In this document: in pieces, positions 1-10,052 of the stretch
Position numbering within the stretch: position 1 is the first letter of the stretch
Layout: each line of letters starts with the position of its first letter
Source of the DNA: an uncultured Verrucomicrobiae bacterium
Lineage (GTDB): Bacteria; Verrucomicrobiota; Verrucomicrobiia; Chthoniobacterales; UBA10450
Direction of reading: 5' to 3'
Assembly (NCBI GenBank): GCA_963801815.1
Contig: CAWDGJ010000002.1
Location: 672,001 to 736,000, forward strand
Length of the DNA: 64,000 nt
Translations under genes and position numbers: made by a program
Notes under the pieces: generated by a model
What the model was told of the DNA's origin: nothing
Seen by the model: only the letters and a program-made list of their open reading frames with translations
The model's database searches: none

Positions 1-1
1 C

Positions 2-223
2 CACATTCATTCAGCCGCGATTCGTCAATTCGGCGATATCGATTATTACAATTGCGGAGATTGGGTGGAGAGTTGCACGGCGCTGGTCGAACACCAGGAT
101 GGCGCTCTCGATCTCGTCAGCTACCCAGCGTTCCCGGTGAAGCAAAGTGGAAGAATGGCCACGCCTCTGAACAAAATTTCGGCAAGCGTCACCGCATCGT
201 CACGCGCTTTTGACAATTCGTAA
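2..223 (+). CDS. C-terminal fragment of an LpxH-like (UDP-2,3-diacylglucosamine diphosphatase family) metallophosphoesterase; 5' truncated by window edge
   Basis: Frame from base 2 reads HIHSAAIRQFGDIDYYNCGDWVESCTALVEH...FDNS*, the (G)HIH and NxGDW motifs of this calcineurin-like family. Stop TAA at 221-223. Confidence 0.75.
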   Translation, partial: HIHSAAIRQFGDIDYYNCGDWVESCTALVEHQDGALDLVSYPAFPVKQSGRMATPLNKISASVTASSRAFDNS

Positions 224-224
224 C
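188..224 (+). promoter_or_regulatory. Putative Pho box (PhoB-type direct repeats)
   Basis: GTCAC(188)-N6-GTCAC(199)-N6-TTGAC(210)-N5-GTAAC(220): 11-bp periodic repeats upstream of the ORF at 258, next to the pho/pst cluster. Confidence 0.45.
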
Positions 225-257
225 CTGACCGCCCGCGGCCGGCGATTACGCTGATTC

Positions 258-470
258 ATGCGCGTAATCAAGATTCAACGAAGTATTCGTAGACGGAATA
301 ACTCAAACAATTCGAATGCCCAGCGATCCACTCGCCGATTTGGGCGAGACTTTTTCGCGAAAGAGAGCCAAATCGAGTTTGCTCTCGAAGCGATGCTCTT
401 TGGGGTGCTGGTGGTGCTCTCGGCGTGGCCGATCGTAGCCGCGGCGGGAGCGATTAACAAAATGTTATAA
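258..470 (+). CDS. Small hypothetical membrane protein (70 aa)
   Basis: ATG-initiated ORF with a basic N-terminus and one C-terminal hydrophobic segment (FALEAMLFGVLVVLSAWPIVAAAG). It fills the gap between two real genes. Confidence 0.55.
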   Translation: MRVIKIQRSIRRRNNSNNSNAQRSTRRFGRDFFAKESQIEFALEAMLFGVLVVLSAWPIVAAAGAINKML

Positions 471-640
471 AAAACATTTGCGGGTAGCGAAAAACTGCGC
501 CGGGCCGCGCTCAGTGCACCGGACTGCTGGCGCATTTCTTCGGGGTTACGGAAAAATCCGCAACCGATGGACAAAAATACCGCCGTTATTGCAACGCCGG
601 CCAAAATCCGATTCACTGGTGAAGCTTGGCAGCACTTGCA

Positions 641-1114
641 ATGAAACACAAAAAAGGCCGCGAAATTGAGCGCAAGTTTCTGATCAAACACCTGCCCGTC
701 CAGATCCTCCACTCGCGACATTTTCCCCTTCGACAGGGTTATCTGGCGAACGAAGCCCGCGGACGACACGTCCGCTTGCGAAAAAAAGGCAAAGTGATGT
801 CACTTACGTTCAAGATGAGCCGCGGGCGCGGGCCAAGCCGGGAAGAGCGCGAGATCAGAGTGAGCAGCAAACAATTCGCCACTCTGTGGCCGGCGACAAA
901 GGGCAGACGATTGAGCAAAACGCGCTACGAGATTCCGTGGAAGAAACTCAAGATCGAAGTCGACATTTATCACGGCCGCAACCATGGTTTGATAGTGGCT
1001 GAAGTTGAATTTCCGAACCACTCGAGCCGCCGGAAATTCAAGCCGCCGCGGTGGTTTGGACGAGAAATCACCGGTGAAAAGCGCTACAGCAACGTGAGAC
1101 TGGCCCGGGAATAA
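641..1114 (+). CDS. CYTH-domain protein (triphosphate tunnel metalloenzyme)
   Basis: N-terminal EIERKFL (ExExK) motif, RLR, K-x-R-Y, AEVEF and C-terminal EITGEKRYSN. Adjacent to a CHAD gene. Confidence 0.9.
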   Translation: MKHKKGREIERKFLIKHLPVQILHSRHFPLRQGYLANEARGRHVRLRKKGKVMSLTFKMSRGRGPSREEREIRVSSKQFATLWPATKGRRLSKTRYEIPWKKLKIEVDIYHGRNHGLIVAEVEFPNHSSRRKFKPPRWFGREITGEKRYSNVRLARE

Positions 1115-1122
1115 AATCGACA

Positions 1123-2052
1123 ATGAGCTATCAATTGCGAAAGGGAGAAAAGCTTGGCGAAGGCCTTCGCCGGATTTGCTGCAAGCAAATCGAGAGCGCA
1201 ATTGCAGTTGTGACGGGCGACAAAAAGGCCGGCGACACACCCGTCCATGAAATGCGCAAACATTTGAAGAAGGCGCGTGCCGCTCTGCGACTCGTCCGGA
1301 AAGAAATCGGGGCCGGCCTCTTTCGCGAGCAAGACCATTGCCTGCGTGACGTCGGGAGACTGACCTCGGAGATCCGCGATGCCGAAGTGCGTTTGCAAAC
1401 GGTCCGGGAACTCCAGGGAATTTCTCAACGCCGGCGCCGCGCCGCCGCCTATCCCAAACTCGAGGGAATGCTGATGCTGGAGTTGGAAAATTTTATGGCG
1501 GCGTTCGCGGAATGGCAGACTCAGGCGGCACCGATGCTGAAACGCGCGGCCGCCAATGTTGATTGCTGGCCGCTCGACCATTTCGATTGCAAACAGCTTC
1601 GTCGCGCGGTGCAGCGAAGCTATAAGAGTGCACGAAAAGCTCTCAAATGCGCCGAGGCTTCGCCCACCGTGGAGAATTTCCATCGCTTCCGAACCTGCGC
1701 CAAAAGACTTTGGTACGAGGTGCGCATTTTGCGTCCAGTGCATCCAGTCGTGCTAAAAAATCTGTCCGATGATTTGGACGCTTTGGCGAGTCTCCTCGGA
1801 CGGGCCCACGATTTGAGCTTTCTTGGAGATCGTCTCCGGCGCGAGAACCAAAACTCGGAGTGGGAGCGCGAAGGGCACAAGTTGCTTGCCCTGATTGAAG
1901 TCAGTCAGGGTGACCTACAGCGCGGCGCGGCAGAGCTGGCCGGGCATTTTTTTGCGGAACGTCCGCGCGATTTCGGCGATCGGCTCGCCAGTTGGCTGGA
2001 AGACTGGGAGAACGAAGAATCGCCATCGATCCTGGAAAAGCTCGTTACCTGA
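1123..2052 (+). CDS. CHAD-domain protein (polyphosphate-binding)
   Basis: VHEMRKHLKKARAALRL, RDAEV, HRFRTCAKRLWY and LGRAHDL are the conserved His/Arg motifs of CHAD. Confidence 0.9.
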   Translation: MSYQLRKGEKLGEGLRRICCKQIESAIAVVTGDKKAGDTPVHEMRKHLKKARAALRLVRKEIGAGLFREQDHCLRDVGRLTSEIRDAEVRLQTVRELQGISQRRRRAAAYPKLEGMLMLELENFMAAFAEWQTQAAPMLKRAAANVDCWPLDHFDCKQLRRAVQRSYKSARKALKCAEASPTVENFHRFRTCAKRLWYEVRILRPVHPVVLKNLSDDLDALASLLGRAHDLSFLGDRLRRENQNSEWEREGHKLLALIEVSQGDLQRGAAELAGHFFAERPRDFGDRLASWLEDWENEESPSILEKLVT

Positions 2053-2076
2053 GTTCCCGAGTAACATCGGGACGGA

Positions 2077-2538
2077 TTACTTGGTAGCAACCTTTGGCGG
2101 GATGAGCCAGAGCAACCGGCCGTCGCGCCACGAATGATTTAGCTCGACCAAGGCGATGCCAGCCTTGGAAAGCTTCATCGCTGCCCCGGTCAATTCGGAA
2201 ATCGTTTCGGTAAAGTCCGGCTCGTGACCGACGATCATCAAACTTTCCTCGGGATATTTCTTCAACAAGCGCTCCAGATCGGCGCGACGGAAACCCGGTG
2301 CGAGAAGTTTGTCCTCGCGGCATTTTACTGCCAGCCGCTCGGCCGCAATCTCCGCCGTCTGCGACGCTCGCGGAAGCGGACTCGTCACGATAAGATCCGG
2401 CTGCGCTTTGATCCGTTTCAAAAAGGACGCGACCTCACGCATTTCTTTCTTGCCGCGCTTGGTCAGCGGCCGCTCATCGTCGTCTTTTTTCCAATCGGGC
2501 CAATCGGCCTCGCCATGCCTGAGAAAATAAAGGTCCAT
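2077..2538 (-). CDS. sixA: Phosphohistidine phosphatase SixA
   Basis: MDLYFLRHGEA (RHG motif), RPLT, TSPLPRASQTA and VGHEP. ATG at 2538. Confidence 0.9.
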   Translation of the reverse strand: MDLYFLRHGEADWPDWKKDDDERPLTKRGKKEMREVASFLKRIKAQPDLIVTSPLPRASQTAEIAAERLAVKCREDKLLAPGFRRADLERLLKKYPEESLMIVGHEPDFTETISELTGAAMKLSKAGIALVELNHSWRDGRLLWLIPPKVATK

Positions 2539-2560
2539 TGTCGATCTTGTTTCGTTGTTC

Positions 2561-3250
2561 CTAAAAAATTTGCCATTTCGCTCGGCCAGTACGCGGGTCG
2601 TTCTGCCAAAGCCGGACACCGCCTAGAAAGGCATTGCGATTGTGCCCCCGTTCAGTGTCGTCAGGGAAACCGCCAAGCTTCTTGGCCTTGCCGCCGCCGA
2701 GCACAACGTAATCTGCGATGACGGATTTCTTTAGCTGGCCCACCGCAAAGGTGACTTCGCGTTCCCATTCCTTGTCGCCGAGTTCATCGATTCCAGTCTT
2801 TCCCAAAAAATCTTCGATGATTCGGTGATCACGATAAGGCAAGTCTCCCAACTCCAGCGGGAGCACCACCTCAGGCAAGATGAGCGTAGAGCCCAGGCCG
2901 GTGCCCAGTCCAAGAAAGAGCATTCGACCACCGCGATAACTGCCAAGCGCCTGAAGCGCCGCGTCGTTCAAGATTCGGACCGGTTTTCCGAGGGCCTTTT
3001 CGAAATTGAACCCAACCCAGCCTTTGCCCAGATGTTTGGGCTCGCTCAAAATCCGACCCTGCCGCACCGGAGCAGGAAACCCGATTGCAATAGCGTCATA
3101 TTTCCAACCGTTCAACTCCTCCTTCACGTGCGTGATCATCGCGCGCGGGGTCATCTTCGGTCCCGATTTAAATTTGCGCCGTTTTGCGCGCGAAATCATC
3201 ATCTTCACGTGGGTGCCGCCAACGTCGATTACCAGTATTTTCCGTTTCAC
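2561..3250 (-). CDS. ROK-family kinase, probable polyphosphate glucokinase
   Basis: IDVGGTHVK, GFPAPV, NDAALQALG, LGLGTGLGS and ELG motifs. Overlaps the ppk1 stop. Confidence 0.8.
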   Translation of the reverse strand: MKRKILVIDVGGTHVKMMISRAKRRKFKSGPKMTPRAMITHVKEELNGWKYDAIAIGFPAPVRQGRILSEPKHLGKGWVGFNFEKALGKPVRILNDAALQALGSYRGGRMLFLGLGTGLGSTLILPEVVLPLELGDLPYRDHRIIEDFLGKTGIDELGDKEWEREVTFAVGQLKKSVIADYVVLGGGKAKKLGGFPDDTERGHNRNAFLGGVRLWQNDPRTGRAKWQIF

Positions 3251-5466
3251 GATTTCTTCGGCGGCTCCGGCGCGACCGTTATTGGGATCAACTTATCAGC
3301 CGGAGGCGGTTTCTTGCGGCCCTGCGCTTTGGCGCGTTCGCGCGAAACTTCGCGAAAATGCCATTGCGCCTGCGAACGCTCTTCCGGGCCTTCTGGTTTC
3401 AAGCGACGATAGCTCCCATCTGGCTGCAACTCGCGTGACTTCACCCGATCATCCAAGAATCTTGGGAGAACTTCATTGATGATGAGATCGCGCAACTGGG
3501 GCGTCTCGATTGGAAATGCGACTTCTACCCGGCGAAGAAAATTTCGCGGCATCCAATCCGCACTGGAGAGGTATATCTCAGGCTCGCCGCCATTTTCGAA
3601 ATAATAGATCCGGCTGTGCTCGAGAAACCGGCCAACGATGCTGACCACGCGAATGTAATCGCTAAGGCCTGGTACCTTCGGTCGCAAACAACAAATCCCG
3701 CGCACCACCAGGTCGATTGTGACTTCAGCACACGACGCTTCGTACAGCTTTTCGATGATCTCCTGATCGACCAGTGAATTGAGTTTGGCGACGATGCGGG
3801 CCGGCTTGCCCGCGCGGGCATTGTCCCGCTCGCGCTCGATTTTAGCGATCAAGCGTTGTTTCATGTCGAATGGCGCCACCATCAGCTTTTTCAGACCGGG
3901 ATAACCGGCAAGACCGGTCAGGGTGTTGAAGACAATCGCGACTTCTTCGGTCAGAGCGGGATTACTGCTTAATAAACTGAAGTCGGTGTAAATTCGCGCG
4001 GTACGCTGGTGATAGTTGCCGGTGCCCAGATGAACGTAGCGCCGGAGTTGATCGGTATCGCGCCGGACGATCAGCAATGCCTTGCAATGAGTCTTCAGTC
4101 CGACGACACCGTAGATCACGTGCGCGCCCGCTTCCTCGAGCCGGCGGGCCCATTGAATATTGGCGGCTTCATCAAAACGCGCGCGCAATTCCACAATAGC
4201 GGTCACTTGCTTACCGGCAGTGGCTGCGTCGATTAGCGCTTCGACGATGGGCGAATCGCCGCTCGTTCGATAAAGAGTGATTTTAATCGCGAGCACTTGC
4301 GGATCCGTGGCCGCTTCCTCCATGAGATCGACAATCGGTTCGAAACTGTCATAGGGGTGGTGCAAGAGAATGTCCTGACGCCGCATCACTTCAAACATGT
4401 CCGCGTGCGGTGGCAGCGCCGGGTCGCGGCCGGGTTGGAACGGCCGGTCCTTCAAATTGGCAAACGCATCGTTGGTCAAAAGCGGGCTGAGATGCGTCAT
4501 CGAAAGCGGACCGTCCAGTTTATAGGCGTCGGCTTCACTCAGATCGTAAAACTCCTGCAGCAACTCGATGAAATCTTTCGGACAATCGGCTTCCACTTCC
4601 AATCGAACTGCGTCGCCTTTACTGGAACGCCGGAGTTCCTGCTCGATCGTTCGCAAAAGATTTTCCGCTTCCTCGTCGTCGATGTAGAGATCGCTGTTGC
4701 GCGTAACGCGGAAGGCGTGAACCCCGTCGAGGATCAAATCGGGAAATAGTTCGGCGATGTGCTGTTTAATCAGCGAGGCGAGATAAATGTAATCCCAGGG
4801 CTCCTCTGGACCCCTCGGCATGAGAATGAGTCGCGGAATGACGCGCGGGACTTGGACAATCGCGAAGAGAGGCTCGCCGCGTCGTTTCGTCTTCGCACGC
4901 ACCAGAAGGTTGTGGCTTTTGTTCAGCAAATCCGGAAATGGATGACTCGCGTCCACGGCCAGCGGCGTCAGCATCGGAAAAACTTCCTCCCGAAAATATT
5001 TCCGCGCCCAGGACGCGCGTCTGGTGCCCAGTTCCGAAACCTTGCGAATCCGGATCCGGTTTTTTTCCAGCTCAGGAAGCAACTCCTTATTGAACAGCTC
5101 GTATTCGGTGGCGACCAGCTCGTGGGCCAGGCGCTGGATCTGGTTAAACAGATCGGTCGGACTCAATCCATCCGGACCAACGTCGCTTGTTTCGCTCTCA
5201 ATCTGTTGCTTGATGCCCGCGACGCGAATTTCGAAAAACTCGTCCAGGTTGGAACTGAAAATGGCAAGAAACTTTACCCGCTCGATCAACGGTTGAGTGG
5301 GGTCCTGCGCTTCTTCCAGGACGCGGCTATTGAATTGAAGCCAACTTAGCTCGCGATTAATGAAGTTCCTCGGATCACCAAAGCGCTCGCGCGCGCTGCG
5401 CTCATCTTTGAGTGGGACAATCGGCGCGCTTTGTTCCGTTTCGACCCTGGATTGCGCCTGCGGCAT
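3247..5466 (-). CDS. ppk1: Polyphosphate kinase 1
   Basis: NRELSWLQFNSRVL, SNLDEFFEIRVAG, LHHPYDSF, ELRARFDE, KTHCK, GRFLEHSR and SADWMPRN. Confidence 0.97.
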   Translation of the reverse strand: MPQAQSRVETEQSAPIVPLKDERSARERFGDPRNFINRELSWLQFNSRVLEEAQDPTQPLIERVKFLAIFSSNLDEFFEIRVAGIKQQIESETSDVGPDGLSPTDLFNQIQRLAHELVATEYELFNKELLPELEKNRIRIRKVSELGTRRASWARKYFREEVFPMLTPLAVDASHPFPDLLNKSHNLLVRAKTKRRGEPLFAIVQVPRVIPRLILMPRGPEEPWDYIYLASLIKQHIAELFPDLILDGVHAFRVTRNSDLYIDDEEAENLLRTIEQELRRSSKGDAVRLEVEADCPKDFIELLQEFYDLSEADAYKLDGPLSMTHLSPLLTNDAFANLKDRPFQPGRDPALPPHADMFEVMRRQDILLHHPYDSFEPIVDLMEEAATDPQVLAIKITLYRTSGDSPIVEALIDAATAGKQVTAIVELRARFDEAANIQWARRLEEAGAHVIYGVVGLKTHCKALLIVRRDTDQLRRYVHLGTGNYHQRTARIYTDFSLLSSNPALTEEVAIVFNTLTGLAGYPGLKKLMVAPFDMKQRLIAKIERERDNARAGKPARIVAKLNSLVDQEIIEKLYEASCAEVTIDLVVRGICCLRPKVPGLSDYIRVVSIVGRFLEHSRIYYFENGGEPEIYLSSADWMPRNFLRRVEVAFPIETPQLRDLIINEVLPRFLDDRVKSRELQPDGSYRRLKPEGPEERSQAQWHFREVSRERAKAQGRKKPPPADKLIPITVAPEPPKKS

Positions 5467-5511
5467 CTTTCAAAGATCGGCCATCAGCGGTGCATGACAA
5501 GCGGCCCAAAT

Positions 5512-6198
5512 TCAGGTCACAGCGGCAATACTTTGGTGGCGAATATCCTCGGCCGCCGCCGCGTAAACCGCGTCCTCGGCGATGTTGGTCGCGTGATCGC
5601 CGACACGCTCGAGACAGCGCGAAATGAAAATCAGATTGAGATAACCGCGCAGCTGCTTCGGATCCTCGGCCATTCGGTCGGTCAGCCGACGGCCCGCCTT
5701 CTTGTTCATGAGATCGAGATCCTTGTCCCGCGCTACAACCGCGCGACCAAGATCAACATCCTCCCGGGTAAACGCGTCGATGCTGTCTTTGAACATGGCC
5801 ATTGCGTGCGCCTGAATAGGCACAATCAATTCAATCTCTGGAAGGGGCGCGTGTTTGTTAAGTTTTCGCGCACGCCGGGCAATGTTCGTCGCCTGGTCGG
5901 CGATCCGTTCGATGTTCGGCGAGAGCTTCATCGCCGCTACGACCCGACGAAGATCGGACGCGACCGGTTGATAGCGAAGCAGGACGTCGACTCCGTCCTT
6001 GTCGATTTGCTTTTCGAGCTGGTCGATTTCTTCATCGTCCGCGATCGCCGTAACACACAAATGATCATCGCGCTGCAGTAAGCCCCTGATTGCGCGGTCG
6101 AGGGTACGCTCAGCCAGGCCGGCCATCATCAGTACAGTGTTGCGCAACGAACTGAGCGCTTCGTCGAATGTTCCAAGAATATGCTTCGGTGTAACCAT
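5512..6198 (-). CDS. phoU: Phosphate signalling protein PhoU
   Basis: DEEIDQLE, QPVASDLR, ERIADQATNIA and ERVGDHATNIAE. Confidence 0.95.
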   Translation of the reverse strand: MVTPKHILGTFDEALSSLRNTVLMMAGLAERTLDRAIRGLLQRDDHLCVTAIADDEEIDQLEKQIDKDGVDVLLRYQPVASDLRRVVAAMKLSPNIERIADQATNIARRARKLNKHAPLPEIELIVPIQAHAMAMFKDSIDAFTREDVDLGRAVVARDKDLDLMNKKAGRRLTDRMAEDPKQLRGYLNLIFISRCLERVGDHATNIAEDAVYAAAAEDIRHQSIAAVT

Positions 6199-6222
6199 TC
6201 CAATTCCTCCGCCGCCGGTTTA

Positions 6223-7068
6223 TTAACCAAATCGTCCCGTGATATAATCCTCCGTCTGCCGATTGCTTGGATTCGTGAAAATCTTCGAAGTCGGCCCAAA
6301 CTCGATTAGCCGTCCCAGGTAAAAGAAGGCCGTATAGTCCGAAACGCGCCCGGCTTGTTGCATGTTGTGGGTCACGATCACGATCGTGTAATTCTTTTTT
6401 AGTTCCTGAATTAGCTCTTCGATCTTGGCGGTAGCAATCGGATCCAGTGCGGAACATGGCTCATCCATCAGAATAACTTCCGGTTCCACTGCAAGCGCGC
6501 GCGCGATGCAAAGTCTTTGCTGTTGGCCACCGGACAGGCTCGTCCCCGGTTTATGCAGGTCGTCTTTGACCTCGTCCCACAAGGCTGACATCCGCAGCGA
6601 TTTCTCCAAACGTTCGTTCAGAAACTTTTGATCTCTCACACCATTGAGGCGCAAACCGATGACTACGTTCTCGCCGATCGACATCGTCGGGAACGGGTTA
6701 GATTTTTGGAAAACCATCCCGACGCGCCGTCGAACGATCACAGGATCAACATCGGCCGCGTAAAGGTTGTCTCCGCGCAAGCGCACCGTTCCATCGACCC
6801 GTGTGCCTGGTACGAGTTCGTGCATGCGATTGAGCGAGCGGAGAAACGTAGATTTTCCGCAACCGCTCGGTCCGATGATCGAGGTGACTGCGTTCGACTG
6901 AATGTCGAGAGTCACGCTATCGATCGCGCGCTTCTCTCCGTACCAAATGGACAGATTTTTGACTTCGAAGGTCAGCTGTACTTCTTCTGAGTCCAAGGAC
7001 GACTCCGGTGTTCGGTCGTGTGTTTCAAGGACGGTTGGATCCGAAGCAGGCATAATCAGATTAACCAT
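6223..7068 (-). CDS. pstB: Phosphate ABC transporter ATPase PstB
   Basis: [32 protein letters not shown] and C-terminal [10 protein letters not shown]. Confidence 0.96.
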   Translation of the reverse strand: MVNLIMPASDPTVLETHDRTPESSLDSEEVQLTFEVKNLSIWYGEKRAIDSVTLDIQSNAVTSIIGPSGCGKSTFLRSLNRMHELVPGTRVDGTVRLRGDNLYAADVDPVIVRRRVGMVFQKSNPFPTMSIGENVVIGLRLNGVRDQKFLNERLEKSLRMSALWDEVKDDLHKPGTSLSGGQQQRLCIARALAVEPEVILMDEPCSALDPIATAKIEELIQELKKNYTIVIVTHNMQQAGRVSDYTAFFYLGRLIEFGPTSKIFTNPSNRQTEDYITGRFG

Positions 7069-7078
7069 TGTGGGATTC

Positions 7079-7940
7079 CTAGGACGTAGATGGAGCGCGT
7101 TCCCGGGTGAGAATCCTCACCAACACGTTAACGCAAAAAATTCCGATGACGAGCACAAGTGCGCCCGCCCAGGCTTGTCGGTGCCAATCGTCGTAGGGTG
7201 AGATCGCATAGGTGAAAATTTGTAGCGGAAGCGCTGCAATGGGCTGGCTAAGGTCGTGGTTCCAAAAACGGTTGCCGAAAGCCGTAAACAGCAATGGCGC
7301 CGTTTCGCCCCCGATTCGGGCCAAGGCAAGCAAAATTCCGGTGATGATTCCCTTGGACGCGGTTTTCATCACCACATGTACGAATCGTTTTCCAGCGGAC
7401 GACCCCGAGAGCGAGCGATGCTTCGCGGTAGCCATTGGGCACAAGCAAGATCACTTCCTCCGTCGTCCGTAGAATGAGTGGAATCATGATTAATCCGAGC
7501 GCGAGTCCGCCGGCGTAGGCGGAGAAACCCTTGAATCGCAGGACAACCAATCCGTAAACGACTACCCCCCAAGTGATCGACGGAACCCCGTTAAGCACAT
7601 CGGCAATAAAACGTAACATAGAGTTACCGCGCGCCGACCCATACTCCGCCAGATAAACTCCACCAAGGACCCCAACCGGAATCCCGATCACGGAGCCAAG
7701 GGCAAGGAGTTCGAGTGATCCAGAAATGGCGTTGACCATTCCGCCTCCTGGGGCGCCGACTGGCTTTGGCAACTGTGTGAAAAAATCCCAGTTTACTGAG
7801 CTGGCCCCATTTACCAGCAAGTGAAAGAAGACCAAGCCCAGCGGCGCAATCACTAGGACAGCTGCGAGAAACGTGCCTGACGAAACGAGTGCGCTTTTGA
7901 ACTTACGCCAGCCATGTCTGTCTTTGCGCCTGGAATACAT
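7079..7940 (-). CDS. pstA: Phosphate ABC transporter permease PstA (frameshift near 7385)
   Basis: N-part (ORF 7248..7940: [16 protein letters not shown]) and C-part (ORF 7079..7444: [21 protein letters not shown]) lie in different frames. Confidence 0.9.
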
Positions 7941-7942
7941 CG

Positions 7943-8927
7943 CTATTGAACCGCCCGCGTTGTGGATTCCATCGTCATTGTGCGGAGGAGAAGTTGTGCA
8001 AGCAGGTTCACCGCAATGGTTACGCCAAAGAGCACCAGGCCAATCTCAAACAATGCTTGGAGATAAATGTCGGTCGTCGCTTCGGTAAACTCATTGGCAA
8101 TGACACTGGCCAGCGTATACCCCGGTTTGAACAGCGATGCGGCGATCTGCGGTGTATTTCCGATCACCATCGTTACAGCCATCGTTTCACCGAGCGCGCG
8201 GCCCAGCCCCAGAATCACGGCGCCGAAGAGGCCTTTTCGCGCGTAACTCAGGACTGCGATCCGGGTCACTTCCCATCGCGTGGCGCCCAGACGCGTAGGC
8301 CGCCTCACGCTGAAGGTCCGGTACGCTCCGCAAAATCTCGCGGGATACTGAAGTGATAATCGGAAGAATCATGATCGCGATAATGATTCCTCCCGCCAGC
8401 ATGCTCGTCCCGTAGATCGGCCCGGTAAAAAATGGCGTCCAACCGAAGAGTTTTTTCAAGGCCGGAAACGGATAATCGCGCAGCCACGGAATCATCACGA
8501 AAATTCCCCACAGTCCAAGAATCACACTCGGAATCGCCGCGAGCATTTCGATGAGTGACACGATCGGCTGCCGGACCCAAAGCGGCGCGAGGTCTGTCAG
8601 ATAAACGGCGGTGGCAATGCTGAGCGGCACCGCGATGATGAGGGAGATCAGCGATGAGACGAGTGTGCCGTAAATGAACGGCAAGGCGCCGAATTGCTCT
8701 GCCACTGGGTCCCATGTCGATGTGAAGAGAAAGTGGAATCCGAATTTCTGGATTGCGAGAGAAGAACCGCGCGCCAGCTGCCAGCCGATTAAAAAGACTA
8801 GCAGAATGACGACCAACGCCATTCCGAGGGTCAGCCATTCGAACGTCTTGTCACCGAAGCGCGACGGCGGAGCCATTCGCGCCGACGCGGAACGTTCATC
8901 GGCTAGCATCGATGCGGCGAGAGCCAT
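7943..8927 (-). CDS. pstC: Phosphate ABC transporter permease PstC (frameshift near 8290)
   Basis: WDP, GTLVSS, LAAIPSVILGLWG and QREAAYA in one frame; LGATRWE, GRALGETMAVTMVIGN in the next. Confidence 0.9.
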
Positions 8928-8965
8928 AATCTGCTTATTAAAATCCCTGCGTTGGACAGGAAAAC

Positions 8966-9988
8966 CTACGTCTTAATCTCAGCAATTCGTTTCAAAATTC
9001 GATCACGAACATTTGCCGGTAACGGAGCGTAGTCCAAATCCTTCGCCATATCTTCTCCCTTTGTCACCATCCATTTCAAAAATTCGACGAGCTTTTTACC
9101 CTTGGCGACGTCTTTTTGCTGCTCATAGACCAGCAGCCAGGTTGCGCCCGAGATCGGATAGGCGTCCTTGCCCGGAGCGTTTGTCATGGAAAAGCGGAAA
9201 TCATCGGGAATTTGCGCAGTTGCCATCGCTGCAGTCACGGATTCCAAAGTCGCTTTCACGAATTCGCCATCCGCATTTTTCAGATCGGCATACGGCATTT
9301 TATTTTGGATCGCGTAAATCAATTCCACGTAACCAATCGCACCCGGCGTCTGCTTGACCTGACCGGAAACGCCCTCATTGCCTTTGCCTCCAATGCCGGT
9401 GGGCCAATTGACGGACGTATTGTTTCCGACCTTCTGTTTCCATGGCGGACTGATCTTGCTCAGGTAATCGGTAAATATGAACGTCGTGCCGCTTCCGTCC
9501 GAACGATGGACCACTACAATCTCCTGGTCGGGCAGCTTCACTCCCGAATTCAGCGCGGCAATTTTCGGATCATTCCATTTCTTGATTTCGCCGAGATAAA
9601 TTCCAGCAATCGTGTCGCCATCGAATTTTAGTGCCGGATTGCCGGTCAGATTGTAGGTCATCACCACAGCGCCGGCGACCGTCGGAATGTGAAGAAGTTT
9701 CCCGGGCGCTTTGGAAAGGTTATCATCACTCATCGGACCATCAGAGGCGCCGAAGTCAACGGTTTGCTCCAGAATTTGTTTCTGCCCTCCGCCCGAGCCG
9801 ATCGATTGGTAATTAAATCGGACCGATGGATCGACTTTTGTATAGGCGTCGAACCATTTTGAATAAATCGGATATGGAAAGGTCGCGCCCGCGCCGTTGA
9901 TCAGCATTTGCGCCGAAGCGCTAGCGCTCAGCCCAAAGGCGAGTATGAGCCCCAATAGTTTGCCGCCGAGTCGAGAGAGGTTTGTCAT
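8966..9988 (-). CDS. pstS: Phosphate ABC transporter substrate-binding protein PstS
   Basis: Signal peptide, GAGATFPYP, YQSIGSGGG, DFGASD, RSDGSGTT and GKGNEGV. ATG at 9988 preferred as start. Confidence 0.96.
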   Translation of the reverse strand: MTNLSRLGGKLLGLILAFGLSASASAQMLINGAGATFPYPIYSKWFDAYTKVDPSVRFNYQSIGSGGGQKQILEQTVDFGASDGPMSDDNLSKAPGKLLHIPTVAGAVVMTYNLTGNPALKFDGDTIAGIYLGEIKKWNDPKIAALNSGVKLPDQEIVVVHRSDGSGTTFIFTDYLSKISPPWKQKVGNNTSVNWPTGIGGKGNEGVSGQVKQTPGAIGYVELIYAIQNKMPYADLKNADGEFVKATLESVTAAMATAQIPDDFRFSMTNAPGKDAYPISGATWLLVYEQQKDVAKGKKLVEFLKWMVTKGEDMAKDLDYAPLPANVRDRILKRIAEIKT

Positions 9989-10034
9989 GCAACGAAGTTG
10001 CCGCACCCCGGTTCGGCCGGTCAAAACGTTTACT

Positions 10035-10052
10035 GTTACGTTTGTGTGACAG
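10035..10052 (-). promoter_or_regulatory. Pho box upstream of pstS
   Basis: Minus strand reads CTGTCAC-ACAA-ACGTAAC, two heptamers 11 bp apart, close to the CTGTCAT-N4-CTGT(C/A)A(C/T) consensus. About 45 bp upstream of pstS, overlapping the phoR stop. Confidence 0.7.
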
